DNA of 64,000 nt, taken from Endomicrobiales bacterium. GTDB lineage: Bacteria; Elusimicrobiota; Endomicrobiia; Endomicrobiales; CAWCFT01. The DNA is taken from assembly GCA_963794945.1 (NCBI GenBank), contig CAWCFT010000006.1:117714-181713 (forward strand), read 5' to 3'. The notes under the pieces are model-generated. The model did not search any database and was not told the DNA's origin. It saw only the letters and a program-made list of their open reading frames with translations. Every line of letters begins with the position of its first letter. Positions within the stretch are counted from its first letter, which is position 1. This document shows, piece after piece, positions 34,178-47,700 of the stretch. The position numbers and the translations under genes were made by a program.

Positions 34178-35722
34178 ATGATAAGCTTTTCTGGCTTCGT
34201 GAAACTGGGTGCCGCGATTCACATCAAAAGAAGTACATTCAGAGCCCTTAACTGGTTCCGATCATGCTTTAAGATGAAAAAAACCGTATCCATTTTTACC
34301 CTTTTCTGTTTTATTTACACTTCCATTTTATCCCAGCCCGTAGCAGCGGTATTTGAAAATACCGGAGAACAAAATAAGTTAAACTCGCTTAAATGTGAGC
34401 TGCTTATACCTTACACTTCCGGAAGGATCACTGACGCCAGGTGTTACGACTCAGATATAACTGTTGTAAATATTCAAGACCTGCACTGCAACGCTGAAGC
34501 CCAGACCAACATATCGCGAATTATCTCATTACTCAATGAGAAATATAAACTTAAGAACATCTACGTTGAAGGCGCTATAGGCCAGGTGGACACTTCATGG
34601 CTGACATCAATAAAAGATACAAACCTAAAGAACGAAATTACCGATACCCTGCTCAAAGAGGGCAGGCTCACCGGGCCCGAATATTTTTTGGTCATGTCCG
34701 GCAACCCTAAAGTCCTTCTCGGCATAGAAGACGAGAAGCCGTATAAAAATAACATCGCGCGCCTCAATAAGATCATAGACTGCCAACCAGGCATCCAAAA
34801 CATACTTTCAGCGATGAAAAAAGACGTTGACACCCTGAAAAACAAGTATTACGTCTCCCAGCACCGCCATCTTGAAGGCTTGGCTGAAAAGTTTAAACGC
34901 GGGGGCCTGAGCACTGAGGATTATTTCCGCAAACTCACGCATTTCTCCAATAAACTTAATATAGACATTAAGGATTACAGTAACATTTCCTGTTTTCTTG
35001 ATGCTATGAACCTGGGGAAGTCGATAGATTTTAAGAGAGTTAACGGTGAAATGGTTGAATATATTTGTTTTCTCAAGAACAGGATCCCATTTTCCGCCTA
35101 CAATTTCCTCACCGGCAAAATGGGCGACACTTCGAAGGCGGACGAACTTTGCCTCAACCTGTTAAAGATGTCCCAGGATTACAATGTGCCGGTGCCTGAG
35201 CACATGCACCAGTTGAGAAACTTTTTAGATTACGTGGCATTAAGCCGGAAGGTCAACCCTATAGCCTTTATCAAGGAAGAAGATATGCTTATAAGGGACC
35301 TTCATTATAAACTGTCAAAAAGCGAGAGTGAAAGAGAAGTTATTTTTCTTATCAGTTATTTCAAGCAGTTAAGCGATTATTACACCAACAAAATATCGGC
35401 TGACGACTATGCGGAATATTCACAGAATATAGGCCGTTTTAACCTGCTCTGGAAAAAGCACATAAACTCAACCGGCCCGGAAGCCTTTGAGCCGTACGCG
35501 GAGCTTTTCAGCGATTTCTATGCTACGAACCTGCAAAGAAATGAATGTTTTATGCGAAATATTTTCGGAAAATTCGCGAATACCGGCGCCTCATCCGTCT
35601 TTACGTCTCCGTACCCAGAACCAGATCGCGAGAACCTCTCAAACCTTAAAAGACGCAAAAGAAGTAATCGTGGTTGTGACGGTGGGCTTCCACACCACAG
35701 GGCTTGCCAAACTTCTCTCTGA
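34178..35722 (+). CDS. Giant B N-terminal segment: signal peptide plus conserved IQDLHC domain
   Basis: ATG 34178 follows GGGAG (alternative ATG 34274, MKKTVSIFTLFCFIYTSILSQPVAA); IQDLHCNAEAQ, YVEG, GIED, NKISADDY and RNECF are collinear with the giant A N-terminus. Confidence 0.8.
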   Translation: MISFSGFVKLGAAIHIKRSTFRALNWFRSCFKMKKTVSIFTLFCFIYTSILSQPVAAVFENTGEQNKLNSLKCELLIPYTSGRITDARCYDSDITVVNIQDLHCNAEAQTNISRIISLLNEKYKLKNIYVEGAIGQVDTSWLTSIKDTNLKNEITDTLLKEGRLTGPEYFLVMSGNPKVLLGIEDEKPYKNNIARLNKIIDCQPGIQNILSAMKKDVDTLKNKYYVSQHRHLEGLAEKFKRGGLSTEDYFRKLTHFSNKLNIDIKDYSNISCFLDAMNLGKSIDFKRVNGEMVEYICFLKNRIPFSAYNFLTGKMGDTSKADELCLNLLKMSQDYNVPVPEHMHQLRNFLDYVALSRKVNPIAFIKEEDMLIRDLHYKLSKSESEREVIFLISYFKQLSDYYTNKISADDYAEYSQNIGRFNLLWKKHINSTGPEAFEPYAELFSDFYATNLQRNECFMRNIFGKFANTGASSVFTSPYPEPDRENLSNLKRRKRSNRGCDGGLPHHRACQTSL

Positions 35723-38700
35723 ACGACATATCTCTTATATGGTTGTTACGCCAAATGTCACTGAAAACCCAACAGTTTCTCAAGCCCTTTATGTAAAGAC
35801 CGCGAAGATGCAGGCAAAAATACTTGAACAGGCCCTCGCTCTTTTACTGTTATCGCAAAACCCCGCAAGTTATAAATACGAAGTGATGGCCGAGTTGGCC
35901 TTGACTGCGCTATTTAGAAATATGGGGAGTACACCCGCGGAAATTACCAGGCAATTGCAGGAAGCCATCAAAGGAACCGGCGAAGCCAACCAAATGATCT
36001 TCAGGAGCATAACCGAGCAGGCGGCGTTGAAGCTCGCGAAAGATAAAAATATCGATATAGCCAGGGCAAGAAATGCTATCGCGAACACGGAACCCATAAT
36101 AGCTTACGACGAAAATACTTCGATCATTTCCTTTTCTTTTGAGGGCCTTACCACGCCGATCGAATTATTGTTCAACAAAAATACAAGAACCGTCACTTTC
36201 AAAGACCGCGAATCCACCGAAAAAGCTTTTACAAGGGAATACCCCAAATATTCGGGCGCTGAGCAAAAAAACTTGTATTATAGGCTGAAACGCTACCTGA
36301 AATTATCCGTGCAATTCGCCCCAAATTACGAACTGCCAGTTATACTTGGCGCGCTGGTTTCTAGGCAGGCTAAAACCGAATTCTTGTCTTTACACGGGTC
36401 CAACTGGCTGCAAAAAATAGCCCGTAGTTTCGGCTTTTTCTCCATGCAATTGGTCCACAATATATTGTCAAGGTTAACCGGTTCCGATGCTTTAGCAAAC
36501 AGGGCACTGATAATAACACACAGGGTATATAACCTGTTATTTTTATGGGCTCCGCTTAAAGCCTTGGCTTTTACAATTTTTATTGATATAAACGACCCGG
36601 CAACTACCAGGCAAGACTTGAAACTGCTGCTCAGATTTCTTCCGAATATGAGGAACAGGAAATATTTGATAAATGAATATGTGGATAAGATAATTGCCGA
36701 GCGTTCTAAAGCTGAATTTGAGTCCATTGACGACCTGGGCGGGCGCACAGGGATCCCCGAATACGTTTTAAATGACCTCAAGCGTATGCTCAAACTGCCG
36801 GACACAAACAAACAAGCGGAAGAAAGCACCCCTCCGGCGGACACAAAAAGCAAAGATACCGCGGCTACTGAAGCTGAAAAAATCAAATCGGAATTTCTTG
36901 AAGAGCTCGGGCTTAAACCAACTCCCGAATTATTGAAATTAAACTATACAGATGAGCTTATTCCAGAGGTCAATAAATTAAGGCAATTCGGCCTTCAGGT
37001 TACGCCAAAAAATATTCTTTCAAAAATTGACGCGGCGGCGGAATTTTCAAAAGAAGTACTGGAAAACATCGATCAGCTTGCAAAGGATACCGCGGCAAGG
37101 GCTAAAGCTATAGATAAACTAAAGATCTTCAACATGCTTCAGCCGGAATTATTCAAAACAGTCACCGAAAACGGCAAACTACTGGGCGAGTACGCGCCGG
37201 TTATCATACCTAAATCCGGCAGCACAAGCGTTAAGTATTACGGAGGGGATGAAATAGGCTGCGGCGGCATATGGATCACCTCAAAAATTGGAGAAAAAAA
37301 CACTTCATTAATGCTTGACCCGGGCATAAATATGAGCAGAGAAGGCCAGCTTTTTGACATAAAATACATGAGAGACAAATCGGCCCAGGGGATCAGAGAC
37401 CGGCTTCTTCTAGGCCTCATGCCTAGAATAAAGGGCTTGTGGAGAGACGACCTTACAGAAAAAAATATGAAATTAGGGAAAAAAGAACCCCCCGCCGCAG
37501 GCATATTGTTGTCTCACGCCCATATGGACCACTCAGGCAACCTTGCTTTTGTGAGGCCGGATATCCCCGTTTACGTTGGCCCGGAACTCTGGGCCACGTT
37601 GAGAACCCTTGATAATTCCGGCTCGGATGTAAAAAAAGAATTTTTTGAATATCAGAACAGGGAAACGGGGATGATGGAGCGCCGCGACATTAGGGTGTTT
37701 GAATACGATAAGCCTTTTAAGGTAGGAGACTTGGAAGTGATAGCGGTAAGAGTAGACCATTCCGAATCAGGCGCCTGCGCTTTTTTTGTGAACACGCCGG
37801 AAGGATGGGTGGCCTGGACAGGCGATCTAAGAATGAACCGCGGCATAGATAAATCCGGGAAATATTATTCCTATCAGGGGCTCACGGAGAAGTTTATCGC
37901 AAAAGCCAGGGAGCTCGGCATTAAACTTCTGTTTATAGAAGGCACGGCTTTTAATTCAAACCACGTAAAAAGCACCGAAGAAGACGTCGCGGTTAAAGCG
38001 GATGAAGTCGTCAAAAAAGCCAAAGGAAACCTTGTGCTCGCTAATTTTCAATATACGAACATAGAAAGAATGAATGGTTTTCTGGATGCCGCTAAAAAGA
38101 ACGGAAGAAAACTTGTTATTTCCTCAAAAGAAGCGTACCTGCTTGAAATGCGCAAAGAGAGCCATTTAAGGATGTTTTTAAAACAGGCCGGGTTTGATAA
38201 GTTATATGATGTAATCTACAGAGGAGACGTAGTTTCAAGGAAGATCGATTATTCTGGAGGGGAATCATTGAAGGACGGTATCTACAGCGGGATAATACTG
38301 CAGGCTCAGATATTTCAGAGCTATATCGTTAAAGACCTTCTTCAAGAATTTGAAGAACAGAACTCCTACGGAGGAGAACTGCTTGCCCGTGTCCTGGGGT
38401 ATGTGGGTAAAATCAATTCTAACGGCAACAGTATTCCGGATGACAGGCTCGAACGGTTACTGTCGCTTGACAACAAAAACGGCAAATATGACGAAGAAAG
38501 CTACAACGCCTTTGAAGCGCGCCGCATGTTCATCAACTGGCTTGAGAATAAAGCAGCGTCTGGAAATCTAAAAGAAATGCTTCAATCTTATACGGCTGAC
38601 TATATCGGAGTTTATCCGTATAATAGGGCTGAAATTGACGTAGATAGCGCAAAAGAAGAATTGAATAATGACCGCGCGATCAGTTCTCTTATTATTAAAA

Positions 38701-41700
38701 AATCCTGCCGCACAAAGGACGCGCTGGGTTCACTTGAGCAAGCGGGGCTCACAGATGCCTTTAACGAGATCCTCGATATGCCTGATCTTTATAAACATGT
38801 TGATTTGAATAGGCTTAAACTTGACCCCAGTATCATTGCTTTATTAAACGGCATCAAAGAACAGCTTGCCTCGAACAGAACGCCAAGTCTGGTAAATACC
38901 CGTATGGTCAACAGGGATATTTTGCTTAAGCTTTACCCGAAAACACTGGAAAGGAGCCGCGTATTTAATAAATCAGGTAAAAAATATTTTGATGCCGATA
39001 TATTAGCCCGGAACAGCAGTGAGCTGGCTCAACTTATAGAAGATTCTTATAATACAGTAAAGGAGATAGATGAGGATAAGCTTGAGAAAACAGTAAAAGC
39101 GTTCGATGTGCGCAATTACGGAATACCCGATCTGTACAAAGAAGACGGCCTGCTTGTTTACCAAACCCGCAAAAAATCGGGTACCTATATCAAGTCAGAT
39201 TACAGGCGTTTTGAAAGGCTCCTTTTCACTGATAAATCAATTAAAACGCGAATAATCCGAAAGCTTAAAGACGACGGTAACAAGATAATACTGGGAGTAA
39301 CTGATGAGCATGGCAACACCCGGGAAGTTACGAGGCCTGAAATTATCCTTTGCCTTAATACTCACGAGATATCCGAAATCCGCGGAATATCGGAACGCAC
39401 GGAAGACACCTACCTTATCAATTCGCAATGCCTGCCGTTCAATATGGAAATGATACTGGCCGAGAAAGCCATGGAAGAATGGCTTAAAAGAGAGAACATA
39501 CCAGGGGAGAGGCTTAAAAGGTATGATATGCACGCTTCCGGACACCTTATGGATGACCAGCTTCTAGATGTAGTAAAGGAGATTAACCCCAAGAACGTTT
39601 TTATTGTCCATTCTCAGGGAAGGAAAGAAATGGCGTCTTCAATGATCTATAATGACACCGTCCCTGAGGCCCAGGTCTCGGTTCCATCCTACGGGAAAGA
39701 ATACCAGTTTCTTGACCATGACTCCGCGTACCAGCCGCTTACTCCGGCTATTATGAATTCCCTTCCTTCGGAATTCAGGAAATACCTTAAAATATTCACA
39801 AAAGCGGAACTCGCGGATATTTTTTACGACATGGCGAAGACAAAAACAAAGGAAAAGATGGAAGAAGAGATACTGGCGCGTTTAAAGGAAGCGAAAAAAA
39901 GGGCCAGGGTGTTTACTCCTGAAGGGAAACAGGATTCGAACGACCCCGCGGATGTCAAAGACAAAGTAGCTGAATTAAGGCAATACTATATCTCTCAGCT
40001 TTTGCGGCTTAAAGTGCAGGAAATACTCGGCATACTGCCCAAACATGCTTTAACCGATGCGGAAATGGGGCTTAACAAGAAAATTATTAAATTCATCCTG
40101 AAAACCATGTCGTGGCAAGACTTCTTGCTTGAGCTGACAGAGAAAATCAAGGAACAAAGCAGTGATCCAAAGGCGTCGCCAAGAAAAGAGGCCAGGGCAA
40201 TATTAAATACCATAGAAGACAAACATTCAAGCATAATACTCTTTCGTTCAACTGCCGAACTGCGCTCGCCTCTTTTGTTCCTGATGACATTTAAAAAGGG
40301 CACGAATAAGGAATACGCGAAACTTGGGGCTGAAATTATTTACAAAAAAATATGCAGTTTCTTTGAAGGCGTGGAAAGCGAATCCCCCCCGCAGCTGTTC
40401 GGCGGAAACATTGACAAGGCCGTGAAGGTTTTCTCTAAAAATGATGAACTTTTTCACGATGAAGATCTAGAATACGTAAAGGACGCTCTGGACGGGATGG
40501 TGGTCTATTTAGGAAATAAAGAGATCTCAAAGCGTATTTTAGAAAAAGCAGCTGAATCAATCTCTGACATGAATCCGCTTGAAAAACCTTTGGAAAACAA
40601 GGCGGTGGAAACCGCCGAAAAACTCACTTCTGAAAAACCAAAAGCGGTAATAACTTCCCGCGCTCAGCCTCCACTGGTCATAGTTAACCCCGGGTTAGCT
40701 TCCGAAATGCACAATTCCGAAGGCGCCCTGTCAGGCGTTGAAAAGCTTCTGGAGCTTGGCTCAAAGGTGGTTATTAAGTGCGATTTTAACAGTCAGGAAC
40801 ATGTGCTGAACTTTAAGATCAGCCTGATTAAATACCTGAGAAAAGCCTACCCGGTTAAAATACCAGAATACATGCTTGCCAATATAATAATTGAAAATTT
40901 CGGCAATTATTATGACATAAATAACACTTATATTCAGTACCCGCTGAATAGCAACTCAATAACGCTCGATTCAGGCGAAACCTCTTTTGAAGAACAACTC
41001 AAGGAATTAATTGACGCTATTGAAGGCCATAAAATTGACAAATCCCTTAAAGAAAGCCCCTATTTTAAAGAAAACTCGAAGCTGCTTGAACAAAATGGTA
41101 TCTCTGATAAAGACTTTACCCTTACTAAGGACTTACGGCTTCCTTTAACACTGGAGCTGTTAAAAGAATACGGCCTGCCGGCGGACTTGATATCAACATA
41201 CGGACTGAAAGAGCTTCAGGCTGTTATTTCAAGAATTAAAAGTTATGGCAAACCGGTAAGCGCGGCTAATCTGGACAAAACTGATGAAGAGCTGAGCGAA
41301 TCGTTTTGCGATGAAGCCCTTGATCTTATAACGAGCAACACTGAAAATGACTGGATCCGCCTCAAGGAACTGTTCAATCTTCAGCCATCCCTGTTCATGT
41401 CAATTACAGGCGGAGGTAAACTGGTTGAAAATAGAAAGGATTTTCTTCCTCAAAAAGCAGGCGGTATAACTTTTTATAACAGGACAGACAGGATATCAGG
41501 CAATATTATAGAGCTCAGGGATGGAGAGAGTAAGATGTTCCTGGATATGGGCTCAGCAACTAGGAACAATGATGAGTTTTTTACAGGATGGGGCGGGTTT
41601 AAGGTTGTAGATAAGGTTGAGGGCAGCGCCGCTATAGGCCTTTTGCCGTGGCTTCCAGAAATACTCAGAAAAGACATGTTTAATGGCGAAAGTAGCGGTA

Positions 41701-44700
41701 TTATACCTATTGAATCCGGTAAGGTCAAAGCCGTCCTCTTGACTCATGGACACTTAGATCATATCGAAAGCCTCTATGCCCTTGACCCTGATGTCCTTAT
41801 TATTTGTTCGGAAGAAACCAGGGCTGTTTTAGAAACGTTTGAATGGATCCAGTCCGATGTCAAGAGCGAATATACCCAGATTGGAGACAGAACGGATATG
41901 ACTCTTTCGCGTTATCCCAGGCTGCCCAGGAACATACTGACATTTAAGGCAAACGAGCCTTTTGAAATAGAAGGCACACCGTTTAAAATAAAGCCTATAA
42001 GGGTCGGCCATTCGGTTCCCACCGATGCTTTTGTCATTCAGAACATCAATGGGCAAGGTAGCTTATACCGGCGACCTCACACTCCAAAGCCATGATGGAA
42101 ACGACACAAAGAAATTCTTTGAGGCAATCGCCCGCGACCCCGATATATTAGCGCTTATTACCGAAGGCATAAACGTGCGGGCTGAACAGCGCGGCAGCAT
42201 AAGAACTGAGCGCGAATATATGGAGAAGGTTGACAAGATAATAAAGGATTCAAATCACAAGCCTGTATTTACAAGTTTTAACTGGTCTTACGTGAACCGC
42301 CTGATAAGTTATTATGAACTCGCAAAGGACAACAAGAGAAAACTGGTCATCCCCTTAAAAATTTTGTTCTTTGCCACAAAAATGCGCGAACTGGGATACA
42401 ACATACCCGACCTGCTTTCCGACCCGGACGTTCTGATACATGTCCCGCAAAGAAAATACGCCAGCAAAATAGTTAAGTACGTATTTGAACTGTTTGGCAA
42501 ATCCGTTTCCATGTCCGGTTCAAAAGTCAAACAGAAAGCCAAAACAGGCCCGCAGGTTTACGGGCGCCTTCCGGAAGAAAGAATGGTTACTTCAGATTGG
42601 ATGAGCGTTCCCGCGAACGCTGAAAGCGTTATAATGGTGCTGTCGCTTTCACAGCTCAATGAGTTTAATATAATGAAACCCGCTCCTGATTCCCCTTTCA
42701 TTTATTCAGCCGGCGTTCCATTCAGTGACGGTTTAAAAGCCCTGAACACGAAAATAAAGACCTGGACAGATATGTTCTTATTGAACTGGCACGATTTGTA
42801 TGTCTCTCCGCATATTAATGAATACGATTTAGTCCAGGGGCTGAATCCTGTTGACGCGAAATATGTTCTTCCCATCCATACGGAACGCTCATGGCGGTTT
42901 AAGCAGCTTTTTCCATTTAAACGCATTCTTCTCCCAAAGCCTTTGAAAGAATATTCTCTATTGAAAAATGAAAGCAAAGACAAACTGACAGATGCGAGAA
43001 TATCCGGCCTGGAGGATCAATACGAAGAATTCGCTCACAGAATGACCGATGCCGATTATGTAACCATGCTCCGCGGGCTGCCTGTATTAAAAAATAGCAT
43101 CGATTTCAGCGCGGAAATAGCTGGATTGGTAAATGATCTTTCAAAAAAAGAAAAACGCGTCCTTCCACAAGATTTCCTGCAATTGATGTCCAGCTATTAT
43201 ACCGGGCAGATGCTGCGCGTTAAGTTCAAAGAAAAATACCTGCTTGCCAATGAACAGGAACTGGCAGCAGAAGCGCAGTCCTTCCTTTCAGCCATACTTG
43301 ACGCTACCCTTGATTTTTACAAAAAATCCAAAAAAAGCCTGAACCTGGAAGCTTTTGACGCCATGATACTGGGCGATTTCAGCGCCACCGGCAAATATCT
43401 AAGGGAAGCCAACCTTGTTTTTGTCACTAACCTTTCCGGAAGTATCAACGTAACCATACTGGCAAGGCTGATTGCTGAAGCCATGTACGAAATAACAGGC
43501 GGTGCCATAGGCCTTAACCCGGATGAGCCCGTATTTGAGAATAAACTTGAGTTTTTACACGCAAGGATAAACAGCCCGAATTACGCGGAAGGCGTTATTA
43601 CTGAACAAAATAAAACATTCCCCGGCTACGCTTATTCCAGAAAAAGCGGGCTCATTAACAGTTTCGTAAATGCTTTAACCAATCAAAACCTAATTTCAAA
43701 GGCGAATGGCAGTGTTCCTGAGGCGCCTGCCCCGGGCCTTTCAAAGATATTTGACCATATCAAAGATAAACTATCAGAAGATTCAAGAGCCCTTGCGGAC
43801 CACCTGAAAACAACAAACAACGCGGCAAAACTCCTCAATTCGCTGACGGTTGTTAAAAGCCGTGATGACATGCGGGCCGAACTTTCAAAGTATGCCGAAA
43901 GCAGAACGGCAGGCAGAACAACGGATCCAACGGTAACCGGCGAATACTATCAGGCCCAGCTTCTTCGCCTGGAAGTCGCCCAAATATACCACACACAAAG
44001 CGATCAGGATATACTGAGACAGAAAGAAATCTTAAATGATGTGTGTTCAAGCCACGGGTATCTGGGGTCAACCGCTGGAATCTCAGCTATGTTGTCTAAG
44101 GAGTTCTCAGATCTAGGCTTTATTACCGCGGAAAATAGTGAAATATTTACTATAGATTCCCAGGCTCTGCTGCAAACGGTTTTAACTGCTCTATCGGACC
44201 ATGTAGAACCGAAAGAATTAAGGGCTAGGTGGCTTGAGGCGTGGAATAACGCCAAAAACAGAGCCCCAAACCTGTTTGACAATTCATATCCGCTAGCGGA
44301 AAGCCATTTGTATTCAATTTTCTATGATATTTCCATGATGCTTACCAAAGATATAAAGGTGGACTCGGATAAAATATCGCTTATACTACAGCTTATGAAT
44401 TTAAAACCTTATAAGGGCAATTGGGAGCAGTCTAAACCCTGGTGGTCTGAAGGCATCCCTGGGGTACGAATGAATAACATATTGGCGGAAAATGTCCTGA
44501 ATGCGGCTCAAATAGAAGATGAGTTAGGCATAACATATATTGTTACCGCTTCTGTCTATGATAAAAAAGGCGCTCTTATCGCAAGCCATTTCCCTATATT
44601 ATACGGCGATAACTCAGGTTTTGCGAGCAAAGATGTCGCCAGAATTCACGCGGAGCAGATGCTTATCAAGAAACTTACCGATATGGGTTGCACTGATTTT

Positions 44701-47700
44701 TCAAAGTATACTCTTGTAGTTTCATGGGAGCCGTGCGAGCATTGCAGCAGGCATATACTCTATAGAGGCTTTAAGAAAGTAGTATTTACCTGTTACGATT
44801 CGAGGCCGGAATTATTCGGCTTATCTTCTCAAATCATTAAGTTAGGAAAAACAGAGGTGGTAACGCCTGAAATGCTGGAGCCTGGCCTTGAAAAACATTC
44901 TCTTGCCTTCATAAGGAATAATTACGGGCGGCTTGGCGAAAGAAAACCCGGGGAGATGACATCCGGCGAATGGTGGCCGATGGCAACACAGATAAAACAT
45001 CTCGAAATGTGGAAAGACTACATGAATTCCCTGGGCAAACAATACCTGCAAAAGCCGATGGAACTGCCGAAAGGTAAAAAACAGCTATATGAAATGGTGC
45101 GGAAATTTCACTTTTACTCGATCAAAGAAAAATCCATTAATGAAGATTATGACGCGCGCATACGCTTTACCAGCATGATAATAGAGCTCATGGAAAAATA
45201 CGGGCTTACCTCAGGTTACCCGCTCAGCGTGGTTATAAACGCCGACAGGATCATGGCAAAGAAGAAACTGATTGAAAGCGGGGCCTATGGAGATAATATT
45301 GAAGAATTACTGAAAGATTTTCAGAACAAGATAGACGAGATATTCGAGTGGCGCCTTACCTGGAAAACAGAGCTTATAAAAGGCCCGCATTGGAACTACA
45401 CGCTTGTGGGAGACAAAGCAAACGCTGTCGAACTGGTCAACATGCTTAAAAACAAGATTACTGTCGCGCCGGAAGACAACTACAGGTTCAAGTGGCTTGA
45501 TATAAACGGTATTACCCCGAAACTGTCCGATATATTCGACGCTCAAAACTTAAAACAGGAGAGTTCGCCTGTTCAGCCTGTTCAAACAGCTGATAGCAAT
45601 GACAAAACTTTAAAAGAATTGTCTCGGGAACTAAACGGCCTGCTTCCGAACAATAACCTGCCTCTTCTTACGCTGGATATTTGCGAAAGATGTTACCGTT
45701 ACACGTCACTTGAACACGCAGGGCTTTTACTTAACAACGGTGAACCATGCGGAAAGATGGCTGCCTCAGTAAAAAAAATACTATTAAAAAAATATCTGGC
45801 ATTAAAGAAAGATTATTTGAAACAGCAAGGCTACAACAAGCTGTTAAAAGGGATTTCGACTTTCGAAGGGATAATTAATTTAGGGCAGATGTACTTGGAT
45901 CAAACAGGTGTTATGGCGCTCGGCAGCTGGTCAATAACATTTGACAGCTCAAGGAACGCATACATAATAAAGCTTAACCGCGCTGAAGCATTATCCGGTT
46001 TAGGCAGGCTTGCCCAAACTGAATACGCGCGCTTCTATCATTACAATAAGCTTATTCAATGGTCAAAAGGCTGGGAAAAAGACGGCGTCAAAATAATTAT
46101 TGAAGATGATCAAAATACCCCACGCGGTTCTATCGCCGGCTTAATAGAAACCGGCCAGCTTGGCAGGCTAGCGGATAATCACGGGCATATAGAAGGCCAG
46201 GTTGGAAGCAACTTTTTGTGGGGGCTGACAATGGGCAGTGTTGACCTGCCTAAAGGGATATCCCGCGAATTCCGGGACGCGTTATACCCAGAAAAAACAA
46301 AAAACAAGGAAGTAACAGCTGTTATTGACTGGAACAACAAAGGCCCTGATTATGTGGACAACAATCAACTTCTTATTGCCGCAAGGAAAATACGCGGGAA
46401 ACTGATCAAAGATACAGTTTTGCCAAATACGGTTTCAAACGCAAACCTTCTCAAAGCCGCGATGGAATCAGGGAAAAGCAAAGTGATTGACGATATCAGA
46501 ACATATTTTTCTCTTAAACATGTTTTCCTTAACAAAGCGCTCAGCATACCCTATGAAGGAGAAGGTTGTACCTTCATGGAGTTTTTAAACCAGCATGATA
46601 CGTTTGCCACTATACTTAAGCGCCGGATGAAAGGCGGCGAAATGCTGAAGCAAGATTTTGCACTTTTAACAGGCATGTTCGTAAGGCAGATAATAGAAGA
46701 GTATAAAGACAACAGCTATATAGAGATCCGCATACAGCCGAAATACGACCAGGAAGAAATGGAACTGGCAATGAAAGAAGCGGCAAAGGCCGTATCTGAA
46801 GCAAAAGAGAAATACCCCGATCTCGCCGCGAATCTTGTCATGGTTTTTAGAAAAAGGGATTCAGATCAGGCTTTACGAAGCCAGCTTACGTGGTTTTTAG
46901 ATGCTCTGCGCAATGACGCAAAGCTTCGGGAATGCTTCAGGGGCTGGGACGCCGCTTCACTGGAAGCCGGTAACCCCCCGGAAAAATTCCAATTCATAGC
47001 TAACGCTGTGCAACAATACAATTCTGAGGGCTTCCCCCGCCTTAACGGCACCTATCATGTTGCGCAGGGAGATGAAGCGGCCGTAGGCGGCAAGGGCCAC
47101 GATATAGTAACATCCATGCGCTATGTTGATGATGTTATTGAAAAGCTAAATTGCGTCTCTCTGGGGCATGCTTTGGGCGTAATGTTCGCATTCACAGGCA
47201 AACCGATAGAAGGCCCGCAGGAAGTTAACCGCGGTGAACTGCTGACAACACTTAACTGGCTCAAGCAGTTAAACGCGTCTGATAAAATTAAAGTTGATAT
47301 TTCACGCGTAGAAAATACCATTCAGTCAAAACTTGATGAGTACCGTGAAATAGAAGGCGACCCGCTGATCCATTTTGATAAATCTTTCTTAAATGACATG
47401 GAAGCATATCAGGTTGCCCGCTATGTTGTAAAGAAGATAATAGATAAAAATATTTTTGTTGAATTTAACCCCACTGCAAACGTAGGGAGCCTCTACAACA
47501 TGCATCCGCTTACTAAACTGTTGATGTCTGACTTTGTGAGTAATGGCGAGAAATTCGAAGGTTTAAGAGAACTAGTTACCATTAACAGCGATACACCCGG
47601 CATGGAAAGTATAAATGGAGTTAAAGATGAATTTATCAATATAGGCGCGGAGCTCATTAGGCAGGGAATGCCACCTGATAAAGTAGCGAATAATTTGAAG

